Shown: positions 1-12,576 of the stretch, one piece after another | Layout of the letters: each line of letters starts with the position of its first letter | How positions within the stretch are numbered: position 1 is the first letter of the stretch | NCBI GenBank assembly: GCA_020536535.1 | Contig: JAHLWZ010000896.1 | Span: forward strand, 1 to 55,362 | Reading direction: 5' to 3' | DNA: 55,362 bases | DNA from: Pelomyxa schiedti | Taxonomy: Eukaryota > Protista > Evosea | Made by a program: the position numbers and the translations under genes | The notes under the pieces: generated by a model | The model's database searches: none | What the model saw: the letters and a program-made list of their open reading frames with translations, nothing else | What the model was told of the DNA's origin: nothing

Positions 1-3000
1 CCCTCCACCCCCGCCGCCTCGGCCTGTGTCTCCTCCGTACCCCCCACTGTCCCCGCTATTGTAGTCGCCCACGGTACCGGCGGGAGTGGCAGCAGCGGCG
101 GCGGCGGAACCGTGGCGCCCCCTCCCATCCCCACGTCGCAGCCCCCGAGCCTGGCCTCCTTCTACGCCTCGCGGCACCTCAGCATGTCGGCTGCTTCGCC
201 CCACCGGCTCTCCACGTCGATGAGTGGTGGTGTCACTGGGGGCACCAATGTGAATGTGGTGACTCCTCCTACATCCCCGCATTCTTTAGTTCCGCTTTCG
301 CCGCCTCCCTCGTCGTCCTCGCTATCCCCCACTTTTTCGTCCTCTGGTTCTCCCCCTGTAATGCCACAAGGCCCGAATGCTCCGTTCTCCCTTTCGGGAC
401 ATTCACAGAATTCCATTCACCACACATCATCGTCTTCTGCGGAAAGTTGTGTCATACAGGGGACAGCACAGACACCAAGCCAAGCGAATTCCTTCATTGC
501 CAAGGGCCAGGTGCCACCACCAACAGGGGAGTCTATATTGAATATTGAACAACAACAACAAGGAGGAAACTCCATGTCACCTCCTTCAACTTCATCATCG
601 TCAGCATCAATGTCTACTGCAAGTCTCATGAATGAAATAGGGAACCTACCGGCTTTGGGGAGTTCATCTCCCAGTGGTGGCGCACAAGACAGCCCTGTTC
701 TGAATCGCCCTCCATCAGCCAGGATTAGCACAGGGCCACGTTATCCAACAATCAGCAATACTACAAATATTACACTGGACGAGAAGCGGTTGAGTTTTGA
801 TTTGAAAGTTAATGCTAATCACTATTCACCCACCCCTCCTTCATCTCCACCTCCCTCCAACAATGTCTCCTCTCCACACTCTCTGCAACCGTTCAATCCC
901 TTGAATGTCTCCACACCCTCGTTTGGCGGGAGTCCAGTAACATCAAGCATGTCTATGCTTGCCACCAGTGCGGTATACGCTTCATTCGCGTATCCTCCAT
1001 CAACTCTCTCGGCAGTCCCCCCAAGAACTGGTATGGTACCTGCATCCCCGTCTGCCTCCAGTGCGAACACCAAGTTGATGCTCAGAAACAAAGTTCTTTC
1101 TCTCCTCCCCAAAGAAAAGAATACTGATATCATTCAAGAACCTGAAATCGTTACAAAATCACCAAAGCCTCCTTCATTCCGGCATTACTTTTGCTGAATT
1201 GAGTGTTAATGAATTTACAGTTATCCACCCCAATAACTTTAACAATTTACTGACATACCATTTACCCTTTTTTCTCTTTAAGACGATTCCTCCCGAATTG
1301 CAAACCATGACTACATTGACTACTCTTAAGATTTTTCATAACCTCATCGATAGAGCTCCACATTGGCTGCCTGCCTTGAGCGCTGTAACATGTTTAGAGA
1401 TGGGGTAACTTTACCACCAAAGAAGCACCTCATCATCTCAACATTTTTTCATTTTAGAAGGAACTCTCTTCCGAATTTCCCCTCAGAGCTATGTGCATTG
1501 ACTTCCCTGCGTGATTTGGATCTCAATTGGAACAAAATTTCTCAAGTACAGCTGTGCTAAGCTAAAACCATTCATCCCAATTCAGGTTCCTGCAGAACTT
1601 GGAAACTTACAAAAACTAAAATGTCTAAATCTCAGCATAAACAAAATCACCGAGGATACTTGGGCACCCCCTTCAGCTCAACTTCAGGGTGTCGAAATGG
1701 TACACAAAACCAAAGCTCTTGACTGCAATTTACTTACATATTTTATTCCTTGTAAAACCAGCTCGATATTTCCCACAATCTTTTTCAGCATCTCCCACCT
1801 GCTGTAGGTGGATTTTGTTTCTTTTATTTCTCACACGATTTTAGCTAGAGCAATTTACCAAAGTATCCAATTTGAATTTGTCATCATGCAGGTTAGCTGA
1901 AATTCCACCTCAGATCTCGTCAATGCAAAGTTTATCCAAGTATCGTCCCACTTTTCCCTTTGCTTTTTCCATTAAACACGAAATATCCTTAGATTGGATC
2001 TCAAATACAACTCTTTAACCACAATTGCTGCAGAGATTGGTATCTAAAAACCAAAGTAATTCGAATATTTATCCTATTGGGGAAAAAAAAAGGAAGCCTG
2101 AGTAATTTGACAACTCTTCACCTTGGTTTCAACAAGTTGACACAACTTCCGGGTGAAATTGGTCAACTGCACCTCCTCAAGGAACTCACAGTAAATAACA
2201 ATTCCCTGACAAGCTTGCCAAGCACAATTGGGGATTTATCTGAGTAAGCGTTTTTACCACTGTTTTTATTGTTTTTATGCCGGCCGGCCACCTACTGTCC
2301 CTTTAGGCTACGCAAACTTCATCTGTGGCACAATAACCTCAGCAGTTTCCCTGATGAAATGGGAAATTTATCACATTTGTGTGAACTTGATGCAAGTCAC
2401 AATCACCTGAAAAGCATACCATCAACTTTCACTCGCCTTCTGTCTTTGAGGAATGTGACTATAACACACAATAGTCTTCCACTGACTCTGCATTTACCTG
2501 TTGGCATTGTATGTTACCTCCAAGCCAGCAATTCACCTCTCATTTCTGTAAGAATGAACTCATTCTATCATCAAATGAAGTGGAGGGTGACATACCAGCA
2601 TTCTACAGAGAGTACGATACCCCTACCTTCTACCATTTCTGAATTTTGCGTTTAGTCTCAAAGAACTGAGGCAACTCGACTTGATGAACAATAAAGTTTA
2701 TGATTTTCCAAGTCACCTCCGGATCATTTCTGATCTAAGGTGCATTTATTTTAGTGGTCGTCACTCTCAAATACAACTTCAGAAACCTTCACATGGCTGG
2801 GAACTGTTTGGTGTCTCTCCCTGAACACCTGATTGGGTACTCTGCCCTTACATCTCTTAACATTGCAGCCAACAATGTGCGTTATAAAAGCACTTTCACA
2901 GCTTTTTTACCTTTCCGAAAAACAGTTAATGTCTTTGCCTGCAACATCCATCAAAACTTTCAAAGCACTTCAATTTTTGTATTTAGGCCACAACAAGGTA

Positions 3001-5003
3001 ACCTTAACTTGTTTACACCATCAATCAGAAGTCAATTAATTTCCTCTCTTAGTTGACAGAACTACCACACACCCTTTCCGAGCTTACATCTTTAAAAATA
3101 TTGCACCTCTCTGGAAATCCACTGATGGTTTTTCCTCCCATATTGGGTTCATCCCCTGTGTACACTTCCAGTCCATCGGGCACAAGTGCCTCTCCGTCTG
3201 GTTTATCACAACTAAAACAGCTATTTCTTTCTCAGTGTGAAATACCCAAACTACCCAAGGATATTTCCGCACTCAAAGCATTGGAAGTTCTTGATTTATC
3301 CTACAATGAATTAAAAGACGTAAGACTCCATTTAATCACCTCCAATCTGAGAGCAAGCTGGTAGGTCGGTGCATTGGATGGCTTGACATCACTCAAAGAT
3401 TTGAACATTTCCAACAACCCAGGAATAACTGCCTTACCCAAGACTTTTTCTAATCTAATCAACCTCGTTGGTATGATAGAAAAGTTTGAGACGATATGTA
3501 ATCTTAGAGTCCACAGATCTATACTGCTCCTGTTGCTCGCTATGTAGTATCCCTGAAGAACTGGGAACTCTTAGGCGGCTCTCACAGTGTATTATTCAGC
3601 ACAATAACCTTGCATGTGTAAGTAGTTTATGTCTCATTAAGCCTCTTTTTCCTAATACGACTTGTCCAGGTTCCAGATTTTGAAGGTGTGTGGTTTGGAT
3701 CTGGGGACCTTGTTGCACCCCGTTGTGATAATACTATCACCCCGACTATGAGTGTGCAGGTTTTATTTGCAAACCTCTTTCCTTTCCTGGTACTACCGAA
3801 AAACCTCAGATAAACTGGTCATCCATGTGTGGCAGACGGCCAGAGATGCAGGATGCATGCTCTATATTCAGCCATTTGAAGGATGACCCAGTTTGCCACT
3901 TCGCAGCCGTTTTTGATGGCCATTCAGGGTTCGAGACAGCTCGAGTTATACAAAAGATTTCATATTCCACCTTAATCTAACAGGGTAAAAAATAGTATTC
4001 TGCAAGTCGTCTATGTGCACATATAATTGACCACTTATGCTCGCCTACCTCACCCAGTGTGCCATCAGGCACTACAACTGCATCTTCTATCAATAATAGT
4101 GCTGCGGCAAATGGCATTGGCACTAGCGCTGGAGGTTTGTCTGTTCAGGTTTCACCTGTGGACGCTTTGATGAGAAGCGTCGAAAAACTGCAGGCTGAAA
4201 TCAAGGGTGATGCCCTAAAGGATGGAAGCACTGGAATTGCTGCTCTGATTTTGGATATGGATGTATGTTCCTTCAATATTTCATTGTTTTTAACATGAGG
4301 TACAGTTGTACATTCTGAACATCGGTAAGGGTTCCAACTCCTGATTTGCTCAGTTCATATCCCCAACACAGGAGACTCGAGGGCAGTACTATGCCGTAAT
4401 GGGAAGGCAATACCTCTTTCACAGGACCAGAAGCCGGATACTCCCTCTGAACTTCAACGCATTATTAACGCTGGTAGTTACACCTTTCCATGGACCTAGC
4501 AAATGCTCACTCAACATAGATGGCTTTGTGGCCAATGGACGTGTCAATGGTGAACTTGCACTCAGTAGAGCACTTGGAGACTGGCTATTCAGAGTTTTTC
4601 CCTTTCCCTCCTTGCTATTCTAACCTTATTGTAGCCAGCACTTTCTCCTAAACCTCAAATAACTTGCCGGTAGGTTTTTTTTTCCTATTCTCATGTATGT
4701 TAACATGAACAACAACAACAAAAAAGGCGGCTAGATAAGGCGGACGAATTCATAATTCTTGCATGTGATGGCATCTGGGATGTTCTCACTAATCAGCAAG
4801 CTGTAAATGTTGTTAGGTACACATTACCTATTTCTAAAAGGGACCACCACTGACTCGTTAAAAGGAAAAGTAACATTGTTGATAAGAAATACGCCGCAGC
4901 TACCTTACGCGACTACGCGTACTTGATGGGCAGTTCTGACAATCTCTCCACCATCGTTTTACACTTCAACCACCTAGAGAAAACAAAGCTCGGCGGTTCA
5001 TAA
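1..5003 (+). CDS. LRR-repeat + PP2C (PPM) Ser/Thr phosphatase, PHLPP-like; multi-exon, 5'-truncated by the window edge
   Basis: Frame 1 is open from base 1 (Ser/Pro-rich). Spliced LRR exons follow ([53 protein letters not shown]). PP2C motifs are [10 protein letters not shown] (~3900), [50 protein letters not shown] and [10 protein letters not shown]. Stop TAA at 5001-5003. Confidence 0.85.
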
Positions 5004-5166
5004 TACCACTCCCTCTCGCAGTGAGGCCACCATTTTTGGCACGATTTTATCTTTGGTGGTGCCATTACCCTTTGTATCCAAATATACAAAAAAAAAAACG
5101 AAAAAGAAACCCAAAATTAAACAAAATCCTTTATTCTCCGCAAACTACAAAAACCAGTGTCTGTAT

Positions 5167-6142
5167 TTATTCCAGTAAGTGTTCCCTAAGGTCCCTCAGC
5201 ATTTCGTCAGTAAGACCCAGCTCCTTCTTTGCAAAGTCCACCACAGACCCACACTTGGAATCCATGTAAGCCAAGGCACCCTCCATAGCAGGCCTGTAAG
5301 CCAAAGACAGGGCAGTCAGCACGCGGGGCTGCAGCTGGTCCAGCCCCGAAGCCACCAAGAGCGGCCTGATGTGGCCCATGTCCGGCGGCCTGACGCCGTA
5401 GGCCCAGGAGGTCCTCTCGTAGTCGTCCAGGACCTGGTCCCGCGGGACGCCGAGGCACTCGAGGGCGATGGCGGCCGCGAAGCCCGTGCGGTCCTTGCCC
5501 GCCCCGCAGGTGACTACCACGGCCTCTGGGGGCGAGGCGCAGCAGCAGGCCGAGTGCAGGACGCGGAGGAATCCCGCGAGGTGCTGCGTGATGAGGTCGG
5601 GGCCGTGCGAGTAGTTCTCGTACTGGGACTCGACCCAGCCGCGGAGCTGCTCGGGCGACATGGAGTTGAGCGGCAGCAGCGCCGCGCGGATGTGCCCCGC
5701 CATCGCGGCCATGTCCTCGATCGACTGCGTGCTAAAGTCCCACACATGGACCTGCTCGGTGTGGTGGGGCATTATGTGCACAGTTAATGCAATAGTAGAC
5801 GAGGCGAGCTGGCTAATGCGGGCACGGTGCGCTGGGGGTAGATGGATTATGGGAGAGGGGGGAGGTTGCCTGGACGCAAGGGGGAGGGGAGATGGGGAAC
5901 AGGGACCTCTCGTCGGGCCTCCTGAGGTCGCACACGTGCCTCACTCCGCACTGCTCGACGAGCGTGCGCCACCCCGACGCGGTGATCGTCGACATGTCGC
6001 CGGACCGTATCAGCCGGTTCCATCGCACTCGCGACGACGCGGAGCCGCCGCGGGGTATCTGGGAAGACAGGCCCCCTACGTCCTGTAGATTGGACGCCCC
6101 TTCGACCGGCACCCATCGCTGGACGTTGTCCTCTTCGCCCAT
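5167..6142 (-). CDS. Tyrosine/dual-specificity phosphatase of the bacterial/fungal Y_phosphatase3 (TpbA/IphP/LipA-like) type; 2 exons
   Basis: Exon 1 has VEGASNLQDVGG, LIRSGDMS and VCDLRRPDER. Exon 2 has the P-loop TCGAGKDRTGFAAAIALECLGVPRDQVLDDYERT. One intron of about 120 nt lies near 5752-5875. Confidence 0.85.
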
Positions 6143-6196
6143 TTCGGTTTGTTTCGAGATATGGCTTCGCATAAACGTAACAAAAAAAGGTTACGT

Positions 6197-9100
6197 CTAA
6201 GACTGAGACATTTTACATATCCACTCGAAGCCCTCGTAGAGACCGTCTCCTGTCAAGGCGCAAGAGCCCCGCATTTGATACGGGTGCCCAAGTTGGGTGA
6301 GCATTGGAACGGAAAAGTATGCTGCTACATTACTTGGGCTCATGCACCCTGGAAGGTCTTGTTTGTTGGCTGTTTTTTTTTTTTTGTTTGAGTAGTATAG
6401 CCAGATGAATGGATGGGACAAGAAGTACCATAGAAAAGAACAGGAAGACCAGCAAGTTCTGGAGACTGCATTATCTATGTAGGAATGAGTTGCGTGAATA
6501 GGGTTGGCGGAAACAACTGTGTGGAATTCTGTCCTTGCTTCCTCAAATCGCTCCAAGTCGGCGGAGTCCACCACAAATATTATCCCAACTGCACCTTGGT
6601 AGTCTGGGGAAATTAGATCATTTGCCTGTAAAAATTGGTGGCTGTACATAATTGCCAAAGGGGTCTGAATGAGAGGTCTGTGTATGGCATGAGTAAAGTT
6701 GTTCATCTGAACTCACTGCACATACAGCCACTGATATCCTGGTGTTATGATTAATGGGACTATCGCTCATGGAAAACCGGCACACCCAAACAACTAAATG
6801 AAAATTCTTGAATTCCACTGTTTCAACATCTGTTTTTCCGTCATGTGTATCAGAGGAAGCAAGAGCATACTGAACCCAATGGAAGGTATGGTTGAAACAA
6901 TTTCATTAATCTTAAGTCTGTAAAGCATTGTGGTTTTCCCTGAAAAGCGTCAAGGAAGACAATATAAAGTCATTACCTGCTGCATCCAAGCCAAGAACCA
7001 GAATACGACGCGGAGTAGCTGACTTGCTTAACCAACTGTACGTATAAGAAAAGACAGAAGACAGTAGGGAGCGGCGGGATTTAGATTGTCTAACTTCCGA
7101 GTGAACATAGGAAAAGTGTGCGGGTAATTACAGGTCATTCGTGACACAAATTGCACTTGAGGTTGTTCTTGAAGTTTCTTTGAAAAAAGCTGTTCTATAT
7201 ACCTTCTTCCAATTTCCACGAAACCTGCCAGTTAGGGGTTAGAGCGTCACTGGAAGAGGTGGTCAGACGTTGAGGAGTTGACCCCTGTGGTATCCATTAA
7301 AAAAGCAGTAGGTCTTGACCAGTGCCGAGATTCATATAAATTCTTCCAAAGGAGATTACTTGAAGCAAAATAGTTCATTGTGTGGCATGTACAACAAAGA
7401 TTGCATAGATTTTCAGCATCAAGTAGTGATAATACTTTTCTAGAAAAAGTTATTTTGGCATCAATGGGATTTTTAGTACATCAAAACATTTGGGTGTAGA
7501 GTTGTAAACAGTCCTGTGTTCTGGTTATGTTAGCTATTCTTTAGAGAGTACCTGCAGATGTTCCGGGCAAATTGGCTGAAGAGTGATACCGTATAACACA
7601 CAAACTCCCAGACGAACTGCAGGCAAGATTGGCAATTACTTCCTTCCCTTTAAGAGTGGCTATTTCTGTAGGTGTGGATCGATCGAGAGTATCGCCCAGA
7701 CCTGAGAACACTAATTTAGGATAGAGACCTGGTTTTTCATTCGAAGGGAGGCACCTAGTTGCCCATTGTCATTTGAGCCCCAACTGTAAACAGAGTTCGT
7801 TGTTGTGACAGCAAGGGAATGCGAAGAAGTACAACCCGCTGCTATTTGAGCAATACTGTCGATTGTCACAAGGGATGGAGTGTGGCGATTTTCATAGTCT
7901 CCAAGACCGAGCTGGCCTTTACTGTTTTCTCCAAATGAAAACAGCATTCCACGTTCATTTATTACAAGGGAGTGATTATTTCCACATGCAATTTGTCTGA
8001 CTACACTGCCATGAAAAAATGGAACGCTCTCGGGAGAAACCTTCTCTGAGCACTACATAGTCAGAGTTAGGTATAATTGTTGGGACGAAGCCAACATCAT
8101 ACATATTCTCCATTTCCTGTTCAAAGTTACTCGGAAAGAAACCGAGTGAGTTATATACCAAGTTGACCTTGCAGTCCACAGCCCCAAGAGAAAAGTACCC
8201 CCTCAGTAGAAACTGCCAGTGTGTGTTGATACCCGGCAGCCACTTTTTCAATCTTCATTTTGTCCTTGAAGCAACAGAGCCTAGGTACTTCCATGTATGG
8301 CCTGTATGCAGATTAACCAATTGGAAACAGCAGGTTCGATTCAGCTCTAAAGGTGGGAATTACACACTCTGGTGATGGCGAAGTCACCTCTCCAATGCCA
8401 CGCTGGCCATGAGTATTTTTCCCGAGGGAAAAAAGAGTGCCAGCCTCTTCAAGTTGAATCAATAAATGTTCGGCACCAGCAACAATAGCCCCGAAATCCG
8501 CAGGCCCTTTTATTCACTATCAGTCCCATCATGCTTTGTGAATAAAGAGACACACTCTTAATAAAAGATTTTGGCAGCCTGTTGCACCAGCTTGTATTGC
8601 TTGATTTGGAAGGTTCTTCCAAATCCCACACCCAAATGTGGTCATGAGTTCTAGATACTGCCCACACAGTACTTCTTCCACAAGCTAGGCTTTTGTTTCC
8701 CACCCACAATTGAGCAAGAAATCCAAACAATTTATAGTTGTACGGCACCTGTTGGCGCAGTAGGGCCCAAATGGCATTCTCTGGGGAACAGTGGATTCAC
8801 TCAGGCCCCAAACAAAAATTTCTCCACCAGCCAACACTGCAGCGTGCCTGGCGTAAAATTAAATACATAGCCACATAAAAATGGAAATGGTTTTGGTTGT
8901 GCCTTTGTCCGCAAGAAACATGGCTGATTCCACTCTCCCCGATTCCCGACAAGCACGGCACCAATTCCGGTCTCGTGATTGCTCCCGGAGTTGTTCTGTT
9001 CGGGGTAATTGGTCGTCCCCAGTAGTACACCTCAACCGACATCCTGAACCGTTCTGTGCACGTTTTGTTGCAAACATTGGAGGAATGGCTCTCACTCAAA

Positions 9101-9457
9101 TGGTCCCCAGGAGCAGACTAACCTACCAATCCTTGGCACCTATGGCGTTGCCAGGCCAACTAAGGAAACGGCCAGAATGTGGGTTGAACCCCATGAAGTA
9201 ATTGATTTCCCTATTGGGAAATAGCGTCAAACGCCATCAACTGGAGACCCAGGGAACTTGCCCATTCTTTTCCTCGGTTCATAAACAGCGCGCTGACAAA
9301 CCACAAACAGAGTAAAAAAAAAAACAAACCACAGCCACAAAAGAAGTATTCGCCATTCGATCAACAATGCTATCAAAGAAATCAGAACCCTCAAAAACCA
9401 AGCAAAAGAAGCCAAACCGTAGACCGTCGCCGTCTCAGCCGAACTTCGAGCTCCCAT
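6197..9457 (-). CDS. Fusion protein: RCC1 repeats + F-box + C-terminal Arf-family GTPase (multi-exon, hand-spliced)
   Basis: Start MGARSS at 9457. RCC1 repeats: LFSFGENSKGQLGLGD...IAQIAAGCTSSHSLAV, YSWGSNDNGQLGLGDTLDRSTP. F-box: LFTTLHPNVLIKVLSLLDAENLCNLCCTCHTMNYFASSNLLWKNLY (~7330-7510). Arf: ILVLGLDAAGKTT, TIPSIGFNVETVEFKN, WDISGY...RPLWQLYYQGA, IIFVVDSAD, ANKQD, SCALTGDGLYEGFEW. No separate start is seen for the Arf part. Confidence 0.7.
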
Positions 9458-9625
9458 CGGTACGCGCTCTTTCCATTCCATTCCATTCCATTCGTGCTTG
9501 CATTTACTGTTACAGATCCCCGGACCACAGGCTGCCTCTGTGACCTCCGAAATTTCCCTTTCGCTGCATACCTCCCCTTCTCGTTTCTGCTTTAGTCCTT
9601 CAGCGAGGAGTAGGCCCTCGCCAGG

Positions 9626-11160
9626 ATGGAAGAATGGGCCCACGAGCGGCTTCCGAAGCAGATGCACTCTGGATCAAGTAGTTGTTTCCGTGAGGGACCT
9701 AGCTGCTTTTCAACCACGGGCTGACAAGGCTCATGAATGGTTCTTCCCTCCTAAACACAGAGCAACTCTGAACTTGGAGAGTTGTCCCAATCCTCCACAT
9801 TCGCTCAAGGAGGTAACAGCGTGCCAAATTTACACAAGTGTTTATCTAACCGTAAAAACTCAAAAGGTTCTGGAGGGCTTGCAACTCCCTAATGGTGCCT
9901 TTGCTTATACACCACGCCTTGCTGGACTTGTCAGGGCACACAGAGGGCCATTCAGACTGGATCACCCTTCAAGACAACCGCATTTCGAACTACCAGGCTA
10001 CACACCTCCTGTCGAATGCGGGGCGCAGGCCCCTTGCCTCCTTTCTACTTGTGTTGCACTTGATTTGATCCAGCAAAGAATTGATGCATGCCATGAAGAC
10101 CTTAATGACCTAGCAGAGAAGTGCACCCGTTGGATTCATGAGTGGGGAGAAGCAAACAACATAAAAATGTATTTCCCTTTCCTTGCCTGAAGAACGACAA
10201 ATCGTTCAACAGAGACTGCTCCATGATTAAGCAGAGCGTGAACAAATACCAAGAATCTTCAAAGTTGTATGATGGTGATATAGTGTATATTGGCCTGCGG
10301 TGTCATTGTTTGTCTGGGGCTAAAGTTTCTTTTGTCATGGTGGGACTTATTTTTATTCTGCGCCATTGGCTCACTTTTCTTCCATTTTGCAGAGTGCCCC
10401 ACAATGTTGGTACGTAGACTTCATGTTTGGCAACAAAGCTGCCAAAAACGAAAAATTCTTTGAAAAGGTGAAATTGGCTGATGGAGGCTTTATAATTAGT
10501 TCCCGTTCACCCCGCAACAATGTATTTTGGGATATTGATCAGTTGATATCACGTTCAGTTTCGTAACTATTCTTAATCCAGTTTTTTGTAACAGTCCCTC
10601 AGGAATGTGTGAATGCCCCTTATGACTATCCTGAAGTACTCCTCTCCCAAATCACCCTACAAGTGCCCCAGGAGGAACCACTTCGACTGCTGTCACTCTG
10701 CCACCCGCATTGCATTGATCCTTCCGCTTCCGCTTCCTCTTCCTCTTCCTCTTCCTCTTGCTCTTGTGAAGGTGAAACAATACATTATGCCCCCAACGAG
10801 ATCAACAACTTCTTCCAAAGCAACCACTATGTCGAGCTGTCGACGACAAGACCATGCACCAGTCCTGGACTACACCTCACGTCGTCGATAGACAGAACTT
10901 TCTGTCGTTCCACTGGCACCCTTCAGTCAAGGGGTAACAAACCCGGAGATGAGCTCTACCACAGTCTGTACGAAGTTGTGAAACTACTTCGTAAAGAACT
11001 CTCTAGCGGAGAGGCTGGCGTCTATAGTGTCGGACCCGGACCTGTTACGGCACACTCCATACACTGGATGAGTGAAACCGAGAAGGAGGCAAAGTTGGCT
11101 CACCCACAGCTGACTGCCTTCCCCCCTGGAATTGGCACTTTGCTTCTAAACAGGCTGTAG
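9626..11160 (+). CDS. Hypothetical multi-exon protein
   Basis: Consecutive long open exons (9498-10190, ~10210-10300, ~10390-10560, 10609-11160) can be joined by short GT-AG introns. No recognisable domain; start and end uncertain. Confidence 0.5.
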
Positions 11161-11324
11161 ATATTTGTTTTCGTCTGCTGGTTTTTTTCACCCGGGAGGG
11201 CTTTTTCCAGCAGACAAAAACAATAACATAAAACAAACAACACATTTTCATATCTTTTCCTTTTTTTAAAAAAAAAACCAAAAAAAAAAGGTGGAAACTC
11301 ACTTCATTGTCATTCCTCAAAAGT

Positions 11325-12539
11325 TTAGGGGAACTTCTGGGCAACAAACCATTGCCTTGCTGCATTACCCACAGCCTTCTCAATTTGTGGGTTCCAGGTT
11401 AGGTTGCTGGCAGCCAATTCAGTTTTGCTCTCCTTTTGTGAATGGTTAGGCCTATGGGTGGCGTGGAAAGAATGAAACCTTCTTAACATCGTCAACCATC
11501 CATTTGAGGAATTTGCCTGGAAGTGAGAGTGAATGATAATGAAAGTTCATTTTCGTTCATACCTGTGGCACTCTTTGTTGGACCATCAGGACAAACAGTA
11601 CCAATGCCTTGCTGGCACCTTGCTTCAGTTACAAACATATGTGCGAATTCTTCAATTGATGCTGCAACATCAGGAGCAACCTGCGTTTATTGTTATTGTT
11701 GCATTATTGTTTCAAACAATGGTACCTGGGCAGGAGTATGTTTCTTTCCTTTTGGTTGTACCATCGCATGATGCTGCCCCTTTGTTTTGAAGGAAAAAGC
11801 ACCAAATTGCTCAACAGTGAAAACTTTCTGGCAAAAATCAAAATTTCATAAAGAAAAAAGAAGTCAACATCAGCATCCCAGAGGCTGACTGGATACCACA
11901 CAACTCCCTCACCAGTTCCACGAACCCCAAAGGTTGCAAACACCTGTTATGGTATTAGGTGGAAAAACAGAAAAAAGAAAAAGTTACCCAGGGATCTTCG
12001 TGGTCAATTGCTTCAACAAGCTGATTAATCTTTGGGGTTTGTTCCTCCATTTGGGCAGTATTCTTGAGGTCCATGGTAATGGATTCTCCACATTGCTCAC
12101 TGGTGTACCAAGGTAAAATGTGAATGTCAGTAGGGAGTGGTGGCAGAATGGCCGAGATCTGAGGGGGGTCTGTGACTAGAACATTTTTTCCTTCAAGATG
12201 GAGCTATGTGCAAAGTAAGCACATGCAAAAAAAAAGTTTGAAATAGGAACCTCAATTGAGAAAATTGCCCAGATTTTCTTTCCAATAGCAGAGACAGCTA
12301 CACCACTCTGAATTCCAGGACCACACCACTCACCAAACACTGTTATATTTTGTACCAGAGGGAATGCAGCTTTGACGGTACCAAGAGCTGCATTGAAGAA
12401 AGCACTCTTACTATGGAGTATAAACGACTAGAGTAAGAAGTAAAATTCAAGTACCTCAGAATAAAGCGGGCAAACCCAGCCATATCAGATGTCTCAGTCA
12501 GCACCCTTGTTCTTGATTGTGGTGCAATTCCCTCCTCTG

Positions 12540-12576
<37 letters not shown>

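Noticed and set aside
5752-5875. Non-canonical GC-AG intron in the tyrosine phosphatase
   Set aside because: A same-phase GT donor lies 6 nt upstream, so a GC donor is not required.
5179-6200. Overlapping antisense ORFs (e.g. 5179-5787 +, 5660-6088 +)
   Set aside because: Shadow ORFs of GC-rich coding sequence with no motifs. The same applies to the shadow ORFs at 24459-25013, 42551-43268, 45618-46282, 50721-51421 and 53255-53807.
12540-12574. 35-nt poly-A as a retro-insertion tail
   Set aside because: On the gene strand it is the poly-T tract right before the intron 1 acceptor of the RNA ligase; no target-site duplication is seen.
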